Source: Welwitschia mirabilis (Eukaryota). Taken from it: a stretch of 47,235 nucleotides of DNA. Shown here piece by piece: positions 11,300-24,888 of this stretch. Both the position numbers and the translations under genes were made by a program. The stretch is taken from the NCBI GenBank assembly GCA_051453625.1, contig JBOZIK010000001.1:8698112-8745346 (forward strand), in the 5' to 3' direction. Position 1 is the first letter of the stretch. Each line of letters opens with the position of its first letter. The notes under the pieces were generated by a model that saw only the letters and a list, made by a program, of their open reading frames with translations, had not been told where the DNA came from and did no database searches.

Positions 11300-13560
11300 C
11301 CTAAAAATCAATAAATAAATTAAGTAAAGTAAAGTAACATACCTTAAGAACTCAAGAAATATAAAAGGTAAAGCTTATTAGATCATGTTATGTCTTCTAA
11401 TGTGGTTAACTTATTTTATTTGAGGCCTATATAATTACATTTTCCTTATGAAATAGATTAAGATAAGTTTTATTTTTTAATTGTATTTTCCCTTTTTAAT
11501 TTTTTATTAGTAGTTAATATTTTATTTCATCCAAGGGAAGAATATCTTGTTTCTTTTATATGCTCTTTTTCTTTTGAAGTAAAGCTTCTATTTTAATTTT
11601 ATCTATGTCATCAAAAAGACTTACTTCAATTATATACTTTAATTTTATGTTTATAANNNNNNNNNNNNNNNNNNNNNNNNNNNNNNNNNNNNNNNNNNNN
11701 NNNNNNNNNNNNNNNNNNNNNNNNNNNNNNNNNNNNNNNNNNNNNNNNNNNNNNNNAAAGACTTACTTCAATTATATACTTTAATTTTATGTTTATAACT
11801 TTTATTATTTTTATGATTTTATTTATTAGTGATTTTATCATATTAGGATTATATATCTAAAAATTTTCTTTCATTTTAATGCATAAATTATTTTGAAAGA
11901 TCTTTGAGTGTTTAGAAGAATTTACCAATATTACTATTTCAAGTTTTCTCATTTGTCAATGTTTTAGTTGACACTTCTAGAAATATTTTGCATCATTTTT
12001 AACTCATTATTNNNNNNNNNNNNNNNNNNNNNNNNNNNNNNNNNNNNNNNNNNNNNNNNNNNNNNNNNNNNNNNNNNNNNNNNNNNNNNNNNNNNNNNNN
12101 NNNNNNNNNNNNNNNNNNNNNNNNNNNNNNNNNNNNNNNNNNNNNNNNNNNNNNNNNNNNNNNNNNNNNNNNNNNNNNNNNNNNNNNNNNNNNNNNNNNN
12201 NNNNNNNNNNNNNNNNNNNNNNNNNNNNNNNNNNNNNNNNNNNNNNNNNNNNNNNNNNNNNNNNNNNNNNNNNNNNNNNNNNNNNNNNNNNNNNNNNNNN
12301 NNNNNNNNNNNNNNNNNNNNNNNNNNNNNNNNNNNNNNNNNNNNNNNNNNNNNNNNNNNNNNNNNNNNNNNNNNNNNNNNNNNNNNNNNNNNNNNNNNNN
12401 NNNNNNNNNNNNNNNNNNNNNNNNNNNNNNNNNNNNNNNNNNNNNNNNNNNNNNNNNNNNNNNNNNNNNNNNNNNNNNNNNNNNNNNNNNNNNNNNNNNN
12501 NNNNNNNNNNNNNNNNNNNNNNNNNNNNNNNNNNNNNNNNNNNNNNNNNNNNNNNNNNNNNNNNNNNNNNNNNNNNNNNNNNNNNNNNNNNNNNNNNNNN
12601 NNNNNNNNNNNNNNNNNNNNNNNNNNNNNNNNTTAGTCAAAAATGTTATATCATTTTAAATTTTTAAAATATTTGGTACATTTACTTCATTTGTTTCAAA
12701 TTTATTTCTATGTGGATGATGAATATTTTTGTTTTTTTGGTTGTTACATTTCTCTTCAGATATGCTTAATTCAAATGGATATTTGTCTTGCTCTTCTCTA
12801 TTATTCTTCATTTCTTGAAAACATTACTTTATTTTTTATATTCTCCACTGATATAAGTTTCTAACCAACTACTGTTAGATTTTTCTATTGTGAAAACCTC
12901 ATCATCATCATTAAGGTTACTTAGTAATTTAGATACAACATCTTCATGTTTTTTTTCTTATTTTCAATTTCTTCATAAGTATCTATTTGATCTATAAAAT
13001 GTTCATGTAAATAATCATCAGATAAATAATAAGTATCTTAATTATCTTTTTAATAGAAATATTTAGTCAAAAATGTTATATCATTTTAAATTTTTAAAAT
13101 ATTTGGTACATTTACTTCATTTGTTTCAAATTTATTTCTTGAGTTTGATAAGGCTCTATCTAATATTTCTTCACATAAAGATAGCATTATCTTAGCACAA
13201 AAATTTTCAACATTTATTTTATTAAAAAGTCTACTATATGATATTTTATTTTTCTAGTTAAATATTAAGTAGACTCCAAGATGTCCTAGATAACTTGAAG
13301 ACCTACACTCCTTCTAGTGTTAAATTATGAGACATGATATTAAGATTATTTATGCATATTTGTGTAGCTAAAATAGATATTATAACCTTAAGGGGAGGTC
13401 TTAAAAGATCTAGTTTACTTTGAAGTATTGACTTTATTTAAATTTATTGTTTAGATACTGGAAATGTTTTTCTTATAGAAACTAATGCTTCTACAGACTT
13501 CTTAGGAGTAGCTCTTAAAATAATGAAGTAATTTATTAATTTATCTAACTAGTTATGCAT
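11300..13560 (-). pseudogene. Possible endogenous pararetrovirus (Caulimoviridae) movement/coat protein relic
   Basis: Long decayed minus-strand reading frame: a hydrophobic MP-like segment (13560-13270), an acidic segment (MLSLCEEILDRALSN...DDYLHEHFIDQIDTYEEIENK...NDDDEVFTIE), then a K/N/Y-rich basic segment and a weak Cys-motif remnant near 11440. No diagnostic motif is intact. Confidence 0.3.
12633..13139. repeat. Perfect 77-bp direct repeat (12633-12709 = 13063-13139), period 430 bp
   Basis: ttagtcaaaaatgttatatc...caaatttatttct is identical at both sites. The left copy abuts a 621-N gap. Confidence 0.9.
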
Positions 13561-14449
13561 ATAAAATATTAGACTAGGGGTTATGTAATGTAAGAACAAT
13601 AGTAAAATAATGCTACGTAGTACCTATTTTAAAGCATTGTTATATCCTACTACCTACCTAGCAATAGATATAGAAGTAAGAGATAACAAAAAATTAATTT
13701 TTCAAGTAATATAAGAATTTACACTACTTTAGCATGTAAATAAAGTGAAACAGCATTTCAAAAGATGAATTTCTAGTTTTCAATATGAAATAAATGCTAT
13801 AACAAAATCATGAAACAAACATAATTCTTTTTTAAAAATAAAATTCTTATATTATGATAAGTAAAATAATTATAAATAGTATTTCCTTTATAAATCATAG
13901 CTAAAATGAAGAAGAGTGCTTTAAGATTGATCCCAAGGCTTGCTACCATTACTAGATATTATGTAAATCATGCTAAAAATATCCCTAAAATGGAATCTCT
14001 AGGTTATATTTATGCCAATTCTTGGATAATTAGAAGGAGGACACTTGTATAAGAATGAACAAGAACTCCTCCTACATTAAGGGAATACATTGTCACTTTT
14101 TAAGCAGGAATTTCAACTATTAAAAGTGATGTGTTATGTGACACATGCATGTAACAAAGTCATTTTTCTTCTTTCATCCCATGTTATTCTTCATTACTAG
14201 TTGTTGTAACACTTGTTCTCATCCTCCAAGTATATCTAGATCTATAAAAGAGTAAGACTTATTTCATTATTAATAAAATTATGCATTATAATCAATATCA
14301 AATTATAATCCTAAAGTAATGTGTAAATAAAAAAATATAATTTCTATTAATTATGTAAACTAAATATAATTATGCACAAGATATATTATTTTTAATGTAA
14401 ATTTTTACTTCATCAAAACTATAATAAAAACATTCATCTTAAGGACCAA

Positions 14450-17400
14450 TGGGTAATGGAAATATGGGATCACCTTATATAATAAAATATTTGTGCATTC
14501 ATGAATATGTAATAAGGATCATTATTAAAATCATATTACTTTTTATCTTGTCATGTCTTTTATATTTATTGCATAAAAGCTGATTGGGTGCTTGCATTAC
14601 TTAGCATTAAAAATAAATGTAAAAATCATGAATAGCATAATTCAATTCAATCATAAACTATAAAACATGCATTGCATTTATGTAACCTATAATAAAAAAC
14701 TATTAAATCATTTCCAAAATTTATACATAAATATTTTAAAAAGGTTTCATACATTAATTATTGCATTTTACATATTTAAAACAATCCAAATGTAGAGGCA
14801 TAGTTTTTTATTATGCATTTGTGACTAGATTCAAATGAATGAATTAGTTAGTAGTGGAGAACAAGGCACTAATAAAATAAAGATAGTATGAAAGCATCTA
14901 ATTAACTAAATGTAATGAAGAACATATGAAGCTACATGGTCATTAGGGGAAATTTTAAATTATCTATAGCATTACTTTTTAGTAAATTAAAAATGAAAGT
15001 ACAATGTATCAAATTTTGAAAGAAAAGTACAATAAAGCTATTTGTGATAACGTTGTGTAACATCATTGATATTAAACAACTATTAAATATATTATTCTTG
15101 TAGTATCTTAATCTTTTACAGAATATGCTAAAGAGTAAAAGTTACTAAGAAGATTAAATAATTATATATATATATATATATATATATTGGCTAAGAGGTA
15201 ATGTCATTAACCCTAATAGCATCAAGAGTTATGGTGAAACTTGTCTTGAAAAATAACTTTATGTTTGAAATTGTAATATGTTTCTATTTAACTTTGTAAG
15301 AATTTCCTTCAATATACACACAATGACCCAAGGATGTAGGATTCTCCAAAACTATTCTTAAAATAGCTATAATATTAAGATAATCATCCTTTAAAATTCA
15401 TTCTTTATTATATGATAATGATGCTACTAGTGCTAATCCATCCATAACCTATAGATTAGGAAAACATATGTTAAATATGAAACTTAAATGATATTCAAAT
15501 TATTGAAAATATTATAATATTTTATACCTATTTAACTTATTGAAAATGGAATGTCATAACCTTTTATTTTACCTCCTTCAATGTGGTCATATTATTTGTT
15601 TGCACTATTAATGGTGTTCTAGCATGTTGTACTATTTCCATAGATATTGCAAGAAACCCTTCCTTTAAGTTTTCATTATTAAGCATAAAATTTGAATTTT
15701 TATCTGTAATCACTCTTATTGCTACAATATTATTATACATATTTAGTAATTAACAAGGTGACATAATGTCGTCCTCAAGGAAAAAAATTACTTTAGTAAT
15801 AAAAATTTAATCATTATTTAAATAAGGCATTATGTGTTTAAACTTCTTAATCATTAAATTTTTTAGAATTACTAGATCTATTTGGTGATAAATTCATATT
15901 TACTTCCTCATGCTCATTGTTACTTCTAGACAGATAACCTTCATTAAACTAGAAAAAGAAGAAAGTTATACATAAATCTAATTTCTTTTCCTTCATTTAA
16001 GAAGGTAAAGAACAACTACTAAGTTCTTACCTTTTATAATATATTGTTTAGAGGTATATGAGAGTATATTTTGATAGCTTGAAGTGTCTCCAATTTAATT
16101 TCATTCTATCTTTTAAAAATCATGTTAAATGTAGTATAGATTATAATGGTATGAATAACATATATGATGCATTCTTATCATGGAACCAACTTATTAAAAA
16201 TTATTTTTAATTTTTACATCATTTCACTCATTTCTTATTGATTACTTTTAAGTTCTTTATTCTTCTTTTGTTGTTCATTCAAATTATGAATTAACTGAGG
16301 TAACTTAAATAAGATAGTCAATTCTGAAAGTAAATTTTAATTGTTGTTGTAGTACTAGTATTTTGAACTATTCCAAGGCAGTCATGATCTAGCACACATG
16401 TAATGCAATCATCTCTAGTGGTTGACATGTTGCTTGGGTTCTCTTCAATAACTTTATTTAATTTCTTTTATAGCAAGTAGTATATATGTTGTTTATACAA
16501 TCTATGTTTAAAATAGTATAAATAAAACCATAATTACTTATGTCATAATGATTTCTTTTTGTGTAGCCATTAATTCATATGCCTTTATGTATGTCCTTTT
16601 TCCTACATTCACATGATCTATCTTTGTGGAGGGATCTCCTTTGTCAAGTCTCTATAATAAATGTTATACTATTACAAATAACACATCATACCACATTGTT
16701 TATTCTATTGATTAAGAAAACTATGACCATATCATCTTCTATTTTTTTCATAGGGTTTTGTCCATTTATAGGATCTAGAAGTTATTACTTCTTATGTATT
16801 TTATTTCTTTCTCTTAATTCCTATCAATATGATAGAAATATGAATATTAAAAATTTGTGCAACTTAGTTTAGAATACATTCCTTAATAAAAAGATTTAAA
16901 ATAATTAATCTTAGTGTATCAAACCTTCTTTAATTCTAAGTGTGTCACCATCTCTTTTTATTTTTATGGATGAATCCCTCGAAAACATGTACAAGCCTAC
17001 TACATCATTATCATGTAAATAATAAGAGTATATTATCACTTGGTTTTGACATTCATGCCATCTTCTATCCATCTTTTTATAATATGAATTCCTTATTCTC
17101 TTTAGATACTTTAAATTTTTACTACATGTTTGACACATGTTACATGTAGATATAATAAATATTAGTCAATTTTATGTATGAAATACTTAACAAATATTTA
17201 TTTACCTTGATCATCTTCCATAAATCACTTTTAAAACACTCAACTATTACTCTCTCATCTTTATAATGTTTTGATGCAAATGTATTATCCCTTACTATTT
17301 CCCCAAGTGGGAAGATATTTTTTTTTATATGGACTAATCACTTGGCCTCTTTTGTTTCATTTAAGTTACATAGATCTAGGAATTTTTTGTTACCTTATTT

Positions 17401-17600
17401 TCATAATTTAGATCTATTACCTTCACCTACAAATAATGGTATATTATGTTAAGAATATCAAAAATGAAATAAATGATAACATAAGTACTTTTTAATATTT
17501 ATTCTTATCTAATATACTCTTAGATATTTTGTGTTCTTGAGGTGGAGAAATGTTATCCATATCAACACTTGTAAAGAAAGAACTATGTATAAGTGAATAA
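14450..17600 (-). pseudogene. tnpA: CACTA second gene (TnpA/PttA-like, multi-exon), possibly with a C-terminal Ulp1-like part
   Basis: Exon-like minus-strand segments downstream of TnpD: KKMDRRWHECQNQV (17138-16911), RDDCITCVLDHDCLGIV (~16430-16370, like DDALxxVLGxEHxGRVRG of Transposase_24), IVAIRVI...EGFLAISMEIV...PL...TTLKE (~15730-15560). Separated by AT-rich intron-like blocks. Confidence 0.55.
15163..15186. repeat. (TA)12 microsatellite
   Basis: Read directly from the sequence. Confidence 0.95.
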
Positions 17601-18199
17601 TATTCATTTAGGAAACTTTATACTTGCACATGCAAAATATGATTTAAAAATATTATGCTTAGAAAAAAATTCTTCACTGTTACAATGTTTCATGTCTTTC
17701 ATTCTTCCTCTTTTTCTTTTTTCTCACAATTTAAAAATGATAATATAATACATTGTTAGTAAATGTTACACAAGTTAAATCATGTTGTTTTAAAAAAAAA
17801 TAAAGCTTAAATATGCAAAACATGCCTATATAATTTTTCACATAATGGTTACTTAAAAACTCACAAAACATTTATTATATTTTATCAAAGATAAATTATT
17901 TATTATAAATATCATAATTTGAAAGAAATAATAATGTTGTATATTATCTATCTATACCAAACTAAACTAAAATACAATCATTTATAAGTTAAAGAGTTTT
18001 AGGTACTTCATATAATTAATAATTTAATAATCTTTAATAAACATAAAGATATATCATCTCATTACACACATAATATCATGAAGGTAGATTTTGCAAATTA
18101 AAAACACTACTCATAGTACCCTCTAGATATTTTTGAGTCCAATACATGTTTTCAATTATCACATCATTCTTTTTATTAAGAAGGTATAAATGATGTATG

Positions 18200-21100
18200 A
18201 GTAGTAATTCATCTTCTTTTACTTCAAGACACTCTTCATTTTCACTCTCATCATAAATATGTCTTTCTTTAAATGATGTTGCAATGATCCATGAAGTATT
18301 CTTAATGTCTTCTATATAGAAAACCTATGATGCTTGACTAATTAATATGAATACTTTATCTTATTTAGGATCATCCAGAACATGTTTTCTTGGGTTAATC
18401 AGCATGAAATCATAATCAGTTTTCTTGATATTAGGTTGTTAAATAAGATTGAACCATTTACATTTGAAGACCACAAAACTAATGATACAACTATAATATA
18501 ACACAACTATGTCTTTTAAGACATCATAATAGTTTACATCATTGCGTATGGGATTTTTATCCTTTTTACTTCATATACAAGTTGTATTTGTAATCACAAA
18601 AGATTCATTATCTTGACATGTTAAGTCCACATCTCTCTCCTTGACATGAAATCTATACCCATTGATTCAATAGCCCTTGCATGTTATGACATGTTGACTT
18701 GGAGGATGTGCTAATCATTTTAATTTTATTTTTATTTTTCATCAAGAGTTCCTTCTTCCCTTAATTTGCTAATCTAAAATATTAAAAAATAACTTTTAAA
18801 TAGAGGATATGAAGAAAAATAATAACATTATATAATAAAAATAATACCTTCATAGAGAAGGTATTGTTAGTTACATGTTCTTTAAACCAAGTAGTAAAGT
18901 AATTGCTTTGCATTCAAATCTATAATGATTTTGTCATTCAGAGATGCCCTCTATGAATTTTTTAAATGTTCATTGTAAACATGAAAAATTAGGCATGTAT
19001 AGAAAAATAAAAGAATAATGAAATTTTAATTCACTAACCTTATATATGGTTCAATGCAAGAGGTATTAAATAATACATATATATGTGCTTGTTTAATTTC
19101 TATTTTACTTGATGCAATTTTTTTTGCATCATCCGATGATCTTTCTTCTAGATGTAAAGATGATTTACTATAGTCATTGCTAGAAACCTCATTGTATTGT
19201 ACCTAATTTTCTAAAGGTTTTAATATTTTTTATATATTTTGTCTAGAAACTTAGTGCCTTCTCTATTAGTAATGCTTTTATAATGGATTCCTTAGGTTTT
19301 CTGACATACCCTTATTAAAGATTGCAAGAACCTAAATTATAGACATCTTAAACATGTACAATTATTTAATAATTATGTAAAATATAAAATTTTAAAAAAC
19401 GGTATGCTTATTACCTTTCTATAGAAGACATCCATCAATATTGAACAAGATCACAAAACTTAACCTTGTTATTAAATGAATAGGTAAATATGTCATGATA
19501 TTAAAGAAGTTTGGAGGAAATATTCTCTCATGATTACAAAGTATGACAATAATTATTGAGTTTATTTCTTCCATTTTTAATATTAATTTCTTCATAGCAA
19601 AGCTTCTTGAAGAATAACCATAACTAAATTATTGTAGGATGCACATTGAATGGAAGTAGATTATGAAAATTAATAGAAAGAATTTTTTGTAAAATAAAAT
19701 GGTAATCATAGATCTTAAGACCAAAAATTCTATAATATTTTTGTAGGATATACCTATGAATATTTGATGCATAACCATTTAGAAGTTTCAGCTCTAATAG
19801 TATATTGAGAGAAGACTTCTTTTTCTTTATTGAAATCACAAAATTAATAGGTTAAAAAATGCTTTGTTACCATTGTTTAACATAATAGGTAATATTTCAT
19901 CTTTAATACCTATCTCTTTGACATCTTGTCTTTCTTCTAGATTATCTTTGATTTTTCTTTAACACTTGTGATAATGCTAAAAAGCTATTATACGCATTCT
20001 TTTCAATACGCATAACATCCAAGTTGTACTTTACATTATGATCCTATGTACAATTTAAAAATTAATAACATATTAAATGAAAGAAAATGAATTTATTATT
20101 AAAACATATTGTAAACTATTACTACCTTCCAATATGGAAGAGTCAATATTATTAATTTCTTTTTTCATCCATTACTAAGCTCTTTTCTTGGGATGGCCTT
20201 TAAATGGATGTTTTTCTCTTACACCTTTTGGCATGTTTATCTTCTTATTTTAATATGTAGAAATGCACTTTCCCCATTAAACCTTATGTTATCAATATAT
20301 GTAAGAATTTGTTCGCTGCCTAATGGATTAGACTCCTCTTCTTATTCTACTCTTCCATGGAATGATCTAGTCATTTATTGATTCTTATGGTTCTTATTAA
20401 AAAATATTCTATTCCCTTGGTGGTAATGTTTCTTACTATATGAAAACCATAGTGAATTGGTTTTATGAGTACATATGGAACATGCTACTATTTCATTTGT
20501 ACTTTATCCTAAAATATTCCCATAGGTTGGAAATTTATTTATTATCCAAAGTAGTACTACTTACATAATAAATAACTCCTCCTTAAATCTAATCCAAGTT
20601 TTTTACTCCTTCATAACATAGTAGCATCAATTTTTCCATAAGAGGGTATAAGTACATATCAATATCTTTACCTAGTTTCTTAGGCCTAGGCATTAATAAA
20701 AAAAGTATCTAATAAGACCTTTTTATGAGCAACCAATGCGGCAAGTTGTAGAAAATCAACATAGCTAGTCAATAAATATAAGAAGTGGTAAGCATTATAA
20801 AAAATTTAAATTCATTTGTCATAATTCTAAGTCTTATGTGTCTAAGATTAAATTTAAACTCATCATATAATTCATGAATATTCTTACATGAGATAAAATT
20901 TGATAAATGCCACATTATGTCATGATCTCTTTACTTTTTAGAATGCTATATCATATGTTTTATTGTTATGGATGATGCATAAATCATTTTAAGCCATGAA
21001 CTTAACAAAAAGTATCACAACACTTTTGTAGTTAATGTTTTTTCTAGCTTATACTCCTTATAACTACTTCTTGGTACCCATCTAGATCCATCACACTAAG

Positions 21101-21790
21101 GACCTTTATTTCTATTTTCACATAGCTTCTAATACAACACACAATCATTAGGCTATGTATGTATTTGATTATCATTTATACCTAAATAATGAAGTGTTCT
21201 TCTTAATTAATGGTAAGAACTTAGAATTGTATTTTCTTTTATAAATGATTCATGTAAAAGATCAAGCAACATTAAAAAAATTGGATTAACCATCCACCCA
21301 TTATTTTGATGATAAGATATTTCACAATCATGGAAAGATTTGTATATTTTTTGCAACCAAGGTACAATGGCTCTATAGCATCTCTTGTAAACCTATCATC
21401 TTCTACATTTCCTACATCACCATTTGAATTACCACAGTTTGAAAAATCTATGATGTTTATCTCTTCATGTAATTACTCATCATCATTAAAGTACATAAAG
21501 GTTTCCTTTACCATGGAACCTGGATCATCTTGTAAGACATTATTGCCACTAGTTTGATGATAGTATTCTTATAGAGTTTTCATGTTCATAATTCACTTCA
21601 CAAAGATAAGATCCATGTCATTACATAAAAGGTGCTGAAAAACAGTATTTATTTGTTAATAAAATGTGCTACGACATTTGTGGCTAGAGTGTTTGGGAAT
21701 TTTTAATATTATTACAAGTTTTATAAAGCTTTTGACACCATTCAAGTACTCCTTAGATCTCCTATGCATATTAATAGTAGAAAGATAAGG
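18200..21790 (-). pseudogene. tnpD: CACTA (En/Spm) TnpD/Tnp2 transposase with transposase-associated, Transposase_21, DUF4218 and DUF4216 regions; many stops and frameshifts
   Basis: Minus-strand motifs: HRRSKEYLNGVKSF, PLYLGCKKYTNLS, PNDCVLY, FYNLPHWL...PRPKKLGKDIDMYLYPL, LWIINKFPTYGN, LDVMRIEKN, NGYASNIHR...FGLKIYDYHFILQ, QY*WMSSIE, VFILISQAS*VFYIED. Confidence 0.92.
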
Positions 21791-23459
21791 TAATCATATG
21801 ATTTGAAGTGAAGGATAAGCCTTTAATTACATATGGTTATTTAGTACATATTCATAATATTTAATTTACTAAATTTTAAAATTTAAATTTTTTATTATTT
21901 CATTAGTATTTCTCTCCATCGACATATTTTTTAAATTTAAAATAGAACTAGTAAATGTCAATGATTATTTTGATCAAATGTCTTTTTTTGAAACTTGAAT
22001 TACTCTATGATTTTATTACTAGATTTCTTTTATGATCTAGAAATGTATAGATCTTATGAGTCTAGGCCTAAATCATCCTTCAAAATTTCATTTTTGAGCA
22101 TTTACAAAAGAGTTACATTTTTACTTAGAATTTTTTTTGAATTATAAAATCTTAATTTCTTTTATTTTACACATTGAATTTACTTGTCAAGATTGATTTT
22201 TTTTTTTTTTTTGAGAGTTAAGGTATTACTTTGTTTTAAGGTATTACTTTTTTTTTTTTTTTTTTTGCTTTTAGAAAATAAAATCTAGTTTTTTCCAATT
22301 CCTATAATTTTCTTAATATTCTTAGTCATGGTAGTCTTCATAGAAATTTTTGCAATTTTTTCTAGAGAGACTATTTTTTTATCAGTTTACATCAAGTTTA
22401 CTTAATCTTGAATATTTGGTTCTAGATACTTGTTTTAGGACATATTTTAAGTATTGTAATAATTCTAAAAATTTTTTAGCCCTCTTCCTTAAGTTTCTTT
22501 TTCTCCTTTTCTCTCTTTTCCTTCTCTTCCCTTTCTTTCTTTTAGTCAAAATAACATGAAATTAACTAAGTCTACTCTAATTGTTTAAACACTTACAAGA
22601 TGTTTTTTTGTCAATTATTTATTAATTTATAAGTTTATTTAGATGTTACATCACTTTTATATCTCATTTTAATTTTAATTAAGAGTTATCATTTAAGTTA
22701 AATTGTATTTATTTTTAGTGAAAATATTGTTAAAAATTAACCATTTGTTATGTTAATTTGAAGAATCATGTATTAAAGTGCTATATTTTAATTGTAAGTT
22801 GTTTTACAATTAGTGTAAAATTAACTAAGATGTTTAAATGGCTTATATACATGCATTTTACATTATCATGAAAAATTATTTTTGCTTAACAATGACTTAA
22901 GTAGTTCTAATCTTTTTAACTCTATTAATCATTCATTTTAGTTATCAATTGTCAATAGATTAATAGTAAACATTTGTAGAAGATTTTTTTTAAATTTATT
23001 TCTATTTTTACATTTTGTAAAGTTTTGTTTTCTTACACATGTAGTTCTTAATGTTTATTATATGTCATGTGTTGTGGTTAGATGAAACTTACTTAGAGAT
23101 AGTAATTTGATATGATAAAGTAATACTTAAAAAAAACACAATATTTATAAAATAATTTATGCCAAATGTGTGCTATTGATTTAATACTTATTTGCTTTTA
23201 CTATATATGTAATTTAATCCATGAGATTTATTATGCTTTATTGTGAATTATTTATAATTGATTTCCTTTTCCTAAGTTAAATTATTTATACTAATTACAT
23301 AAATATTTTTGCAAAGGCTCAAACCATTATTGTTTACATGCAAAAATTAACATTATGAATAAGTCTAATTAATCATTGTAGTATCAGTAAAGATATTTAA
23401 TTCATTAATTTATCATAAAATGATGTCTTTTATTTTTTTAATCATGTTTTCATGCAAAT

Positions 23460-24787
23460 GTGAGATTTCCCCTAATCTTAATAGGCTTATTACTACTTTT
23501 TGAAGAAAATTGTAAATCTTGAAGGAATTCTAGCAAACAACATTGGTGTCACTGCCCAAGACTACTGGTATCATGGCCCTTCTAAGTCATAACTTATCAA
23601 AACTCATGTAGCTACATTAATTTCAGAAGTTCATCACACTTAGTATATGGAATAAGTTAGAAGTAATCCTGAATAAATCTTCAAACCTAATGATACATGA
23701 CAGAAGTATAAAATAACATGTCATAGTGATATGTGGTAACAATGAGGATGACTATAGGGAAAACACATAACAGAGCATTCATTGGCATCATTGTAATTAA
23801 TCAAAGGACATTGCATTACCATGTTTACATAAGAAGATAAAGAATCTTTTTTTAAGGATACATGTTAAAAATTATAACTTCTTACTTATGTAAACATCCT
23901 TAAGTAACCTCCCTTATATAGCTACCCATCAACCACTCAACTAACACAATCATAACAAGTTCTTCAAGTCTTCCCTCCTCTATAAAAGAGCCTTAAGCCC
24001 TCATTATAATGGATCTTTTAGTTGGCTAATGTGGGGGAAGACTTAGAGCGTTAGGATGTCATGATCTTCTAATCATTTTCCTTAGGGTATATTATTCCAA
24101 GGCTAGTTGAAAAGTCCTTCATCTTTACCTTACTTATTTCAATGTAATGTATATTATTAGATTTTTAGAAAAATAACTAGCTTTTCATTCTTTTATTATT
24201 AATAATCATTCACATGGTATTAGTAATCTTTAGGTGGAGCTAGTTCTTAAGTTTCTTTAAGTCTTTTATTATTAATGTGTATTAAATTGGTATTGAAAAT
24301 CTTTAGATAAAGCTACTTTATTATCAAGTTCTTTTGTAACCAAGTGAATTATTTGAGATTACTTTTAAAATATCATAATCACAATTGTTTGATGAATATT
24401 ACGCATATTTTTTCATACTTTCCATACTCATGAAGGACTATGAAGAATTATAAGAACTAAATAACTTATCAACACTAATGTGATAGATGATATTATGCCT
24501 CCATGCTAAGCCTTAACTACTTCATGATTTTAGTTGTGTTTCAGGATACAGGATTCATGGGATGAAGATGAAGTATTGGATGAACTAGGTAAACCTTTAG
24601 AGCACTTCCATTTTCTTACATTATCAAGCAAATAACAATAAATTTTTAATCTTCTAGTTTTTTATTTTATTTTACTTTTCATTACAAGTTAAATTAATCA
24701 TGTCTTTTTAAATTAAGTTATCACATATATCCTTGTGAAAGAATATTACTAGGTTTTACCTAATTAAATCTGGTTCACTACTATAGA
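23460..24787 (+). mobile_element. Gypsy (Athila-like) LTR of the same family as 1781-2636; left boundary approximate
   Basis: Colinear homology to 1781-2636, TATA-like ctataaaag near 23980, degenerate Asp-type PBS at 24791-24808, then ~80 bp of internal sequence matching 2675-2820. Confidence 0.7.
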
Positions 24788-24888
24788 TTTTGATACCATT
24801 GTCTGGGTATTGATATGGTAGTTTTTCATGAGTACATGATTTTATTCTTGTAAGTTTTATAGGTACTAGTCCTCTTCTAGTGATACCC

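Noticed and set aside
11615-11798. 42-bp direct repeat flanking a 100-N gap (11615-11656 and 11757-11798)
   Set aside because: Identical sequence on both sides of a fixed-size gap is typical of unmerged overlapping contig ends.
11968-12640. Long ORFs in the ORF track (also 38370-39044 and 43523-44161)
   Set aside because: Their length comes from N runs translated as X, so they are not evidence of intact genes.
13722-13730. CACTAC as the left terminus of the CACTA element
   Set aside because: It continues CACTACTTT, no matching inverted end was found on the right, and no subterminal repeats are visible.
22196-22266. Poly-T tracts and a short taaggtattacttt duplication as a LINE/SINE tail
   Set aside because: No recognisable retroposon body, Pol III boxes or convincing TSD-bounded unit; treated as low-complexity sequence.
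24881-24888. TGATACCC as the Athila LTR terminus
   Set aside because: The host element's sequence (ctagtgata) continues through it, and comparison with the LTR ending at 30117 places the end at 24889.
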